Position numbers and translations under genes: made by a program. This document shows, one piece after another, positions 62,271 through 64,000 of a stretch of 64,000 nt of DNA (its first letter is position 1; each line of letters starts with the position of its first letter). The stretch is from Pocillopora damicornis (Eukaryota), in contig NW_020845867.1 in assembly GCF_003704095.1 (NCBI RefSeq), positions 124,001 to 188,000 on the forward strand, given 5' to 3'. The notes beneath the pieces were generated by a model. It was not told the DNA's origin. It ran no database searches and saw nothing but the letters and a program-made list of their open reading frames with translations.

Positions 62271-63978
62271 GGAGTGTGAAAAGATAATTTGGAGAGAGGA
62301 ACGCTCTAACGAAAGGCTAACGCTCGCAACGTCGACTTAGAAACTCTTTACGGTGGCCAATTTACATTATCAACTCAGTTAATAAAACCAAAGTATCTTG
62401 CAACTTGCTTTAGTTGAACTCTTCGCAACATAATGATCTAATAAATGTATTTTTTTTGTTTTCTTTTCCTAAGAGGACAGGGAACGAATCCCGCAATCCT
62501 CGGTTTTGGCCCTACCACTGCCTCTTATTTGGAGCTTTAAAAACGGACAGCAAATAGTTCTCAGTACCTCGCCTTGTCTGGCAAGTCTCTTTTGCCTGCG
62601 GGCTTCTGCTTTAGCTAGCGCATTAGCGACTTTGCTTCCCAGCTGGCCTTGTGACGCTGGAGCTTGTTGCTGCTGTTGTTGTTGTTGTTGGTTTGCAGTT
62701 ATCTTATCTTGTGTGCTACGTCTCTTCATCTGCATGAAATGATTTTCCGATCATAAAACTATTCCATATTCCAACATCAAGTATTGCAAGAATACACAAG
62801 GGATTTTAAATCAACGACAAATATAGTGGACGCCTAACATTCACGTTACCACTTTGGAGGAAGTATCTGGCAATAAAATTAAAACTGGAGGACAATTTGC
62901 CACGATACCCTCCCCCCCCCGCCTCATTCAATGTCATAAACTTACTGGGAGCAAAGTGCAATGTTGTCGGGGGGGGGGGAAGAGGAAGAAAAGTAAGGGT
63001 ATCAGGGATACCTTGGTATGTTGTTTCAATCACAACGTGATCACCTCATTTTTCCCGCTTTTACTTTGAGTTCTTATTGGCTCCTTACGATTTTTCCTTT
63101 TTCTGATTGGCTGTTGCTATATAACTCGTGATTTTCTTTCACACGCCACTCAGCTCATTTCCAGTTTTCTTTCAAAAAGTCTCGATTGAGCATGCTCATA
63201 AATTAAGTATCGATGATAATCCCTCACCTGAGCTGCTTTCTGCGCTGCACTTGAGAAGCTCTTTCTCCCTGACACTCCCCCGTCAGTTCCCTCCCCACCT
63301 CTGGTCCCTCCGGCCTCTTGTAACAGCTGGTGAAGGTAGTCTGGTTTAGCTGCTCTGAAGGCTGTCACAAGATGAGGAGTAAGGAACGCGCGGAGTACGA
63401 TCCGATCACATTCAACCTCGTCCTTAAATCTGCAAGGGAAAAAAACAAGCATTGTTTAATATCTTATTTCAATCAACAGCATCAAAAAGTCGTCACGACA
63501 CGAAAATAGAGACAAATAAAATTACAAAGAGATGCCATACCCGAGTTTAAAACCTAATTCTGTAACTCAGTGGAGGAACACATGACAGCAAAATGTGAAA
63601 GCTTTTCTCACCTGTTTTGTAGTTTTTTCAATCCAATAGACTTCTTTTCTGCTTCCCAAGCCATCTCTTTACGAACAAGTTCAATCTAAAGGCCAAAATC
63701 AAAAACAGAAACAAAAACAGGTTCGTCTGATGCATTTACTCGGCAAGAGCACCTGGATTAGCTTGCGTCACGTTCACAGTAAGTGTAGGCAAGGGAAAAG
63801 TTAAGCGAGCGGGAAAGTCCAACAATTTTTTCCTTTTGCGCACAACGCCTTCTCGCTTGTCCTAACGATTTGAGGGTCTTGAACAGTTAGGCTACAAATA
63901 GACTACTTAATGTATACTCACTTTGTTATCCACCTCAGCTTTCTGTTCCGTGACGAGATCGGGATCAATTTCGAATTC
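54862..63978 (-). CDS. CFAP44: Cilia- and flagella-associated protein 44 (WDR52), C-terminal coiled-coil portion; 5' part lies beyond the window
   Basis: Exons (-): 63978-63922, 63685-63612, 63429-63228, 62729-62568, 62044-61856, 61721-61647, 61554-61445, 59953-59830, 59637-59435, 58970-58842, 58345-58231, 57777-57460, 56859-56698, 56395-56199, 56074-56017, 55611-55444, 55191-54862. Motifs: [18 protein letters not shown]...[20 protein letters not shown]-acidic [19 protein letters not shown], [13 protein letters not shown], terminal [15 protein letters not shown]. Confidence 0.9.
56890..56996. repeat. Degenerate (TCAA)n microsatellite in a CFAP44 intron
   Basis: ATCAATCAATCAA...AATCAATCAATCAATCAA...TCAATCAATCAA. 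Confidence 0.85.
60311..60324 (+). promoter_or_regulatory. Putative RFX X-box (strong right half CCATGGCAAC) upstream of the nested MYND gene
   Basis: AAATCCATGGCAAC lies ~105 bp 5' of the ATG, next to a CpG-rich patch (60263-60292). The left half deviates from the GTTNCC consensus. Confidence 0.5.
60429..61046 (+). CDS. Intronless coiled-coil + MYND zinc-finger protein (205 aa), nested antisense in a CFAP44 intron
   Basis: Uninterrupted ORF from ATG 60429 to TAA 61046, inside intron 59954-61444. It has an E/K-rich helical N-terminal region, a KKRKKR basic cluster and a complete MYND pattern CASC-x9-CSGC-x5-C-x3-CQEKDW-x2-H-x3-C. AATAAA follows at 61109-61114. Confidence 0.85.
   Translation: MSRNLLDRLKELQDAMDSCQRSTENLIDDYRQSVLQTAAVVAAAKINEEKVQVEKKKELLRRMIDREREASQLAVEKVHSTAKKSIQALINDKNKELQKALDDMERTHKEELAKVKDETRQKTIHQFTAIKKRKKRAREDSKPKAARAEREREIPKCASCGKVSASLLMCSGCRVNLYCDEICQEKDWGRHEKHCPEPTMREKDT
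62222..62400 (+). mobile_element. Second copy of the Penelope-like/hammerhead-like repeat (core mutated)
   Basis: CTAAAGAAACTGTGGTGCTGCGTCGGTGGG head, then CTAACGAAAGGCTAACGCTCGCAACGTC (62306-62333) and ACTCTTTACGGTGGCCAATTTAC. A further reversed fragment lies at ~23420-23498. Confidence 0.6.
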
Positions 63979-64000
63979 CTGAAAGAAACAAAAGCACGGA

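Noticed and set aside
1-64000. CRISPR arrays, rRNA genes, autonomous transposase or RT ORFs
   Set aside because: None seen. The DNA is spliceosomal-intron eukaryotic sequence, and all the mobile elements found are short and non-coding.

Overview
Eukaryotic, intron-rich, AT-rich animal DNA. The repeat families look like those of a stony coral or other cnidarian; this is recalled resemblance, not a search result. Exons were reconstructed by hand from GT-AG junctions with phase checks. There are five protein-coding genes: (1) a 4-exon cyclic-nucleotide-gated channel alpha subunit (+, 9251-14495); (2) a 15-exon RFX4-like transcription factor (-, 28368-17485); (3) CEP164 (+, 36717-54316); (4) the 3' part of CFAP44/WDR52 (-, 63978-54862, continuing past the window); (5) an intronless coiled-coil + MYND-finger gene (+, 60429-61046) nested antisense in a CFAP44 intron, with an RFX X-box half-site upstream. 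The four recognised genes are all from cilium-related families. Four CEP164 exons lie on the wrong strand in a 2.9-kb block bounded by two exactly-100-N gaps, most likely a mis-oriented contig, and the exon completing the WW domain is missing. Introns hold piggyBac-type TTAA MITEs, tRNA-derived SINE-like repeats, a solo LTR with a 5-bp TSD, a tRNA-Thr-like insert nested in another repeat, and palindromic Penelope-like relics with minimal hammerhead-ribozyme-like motifs. I could not support any gene in the first ~9 kb or in 29-36.5 kb.
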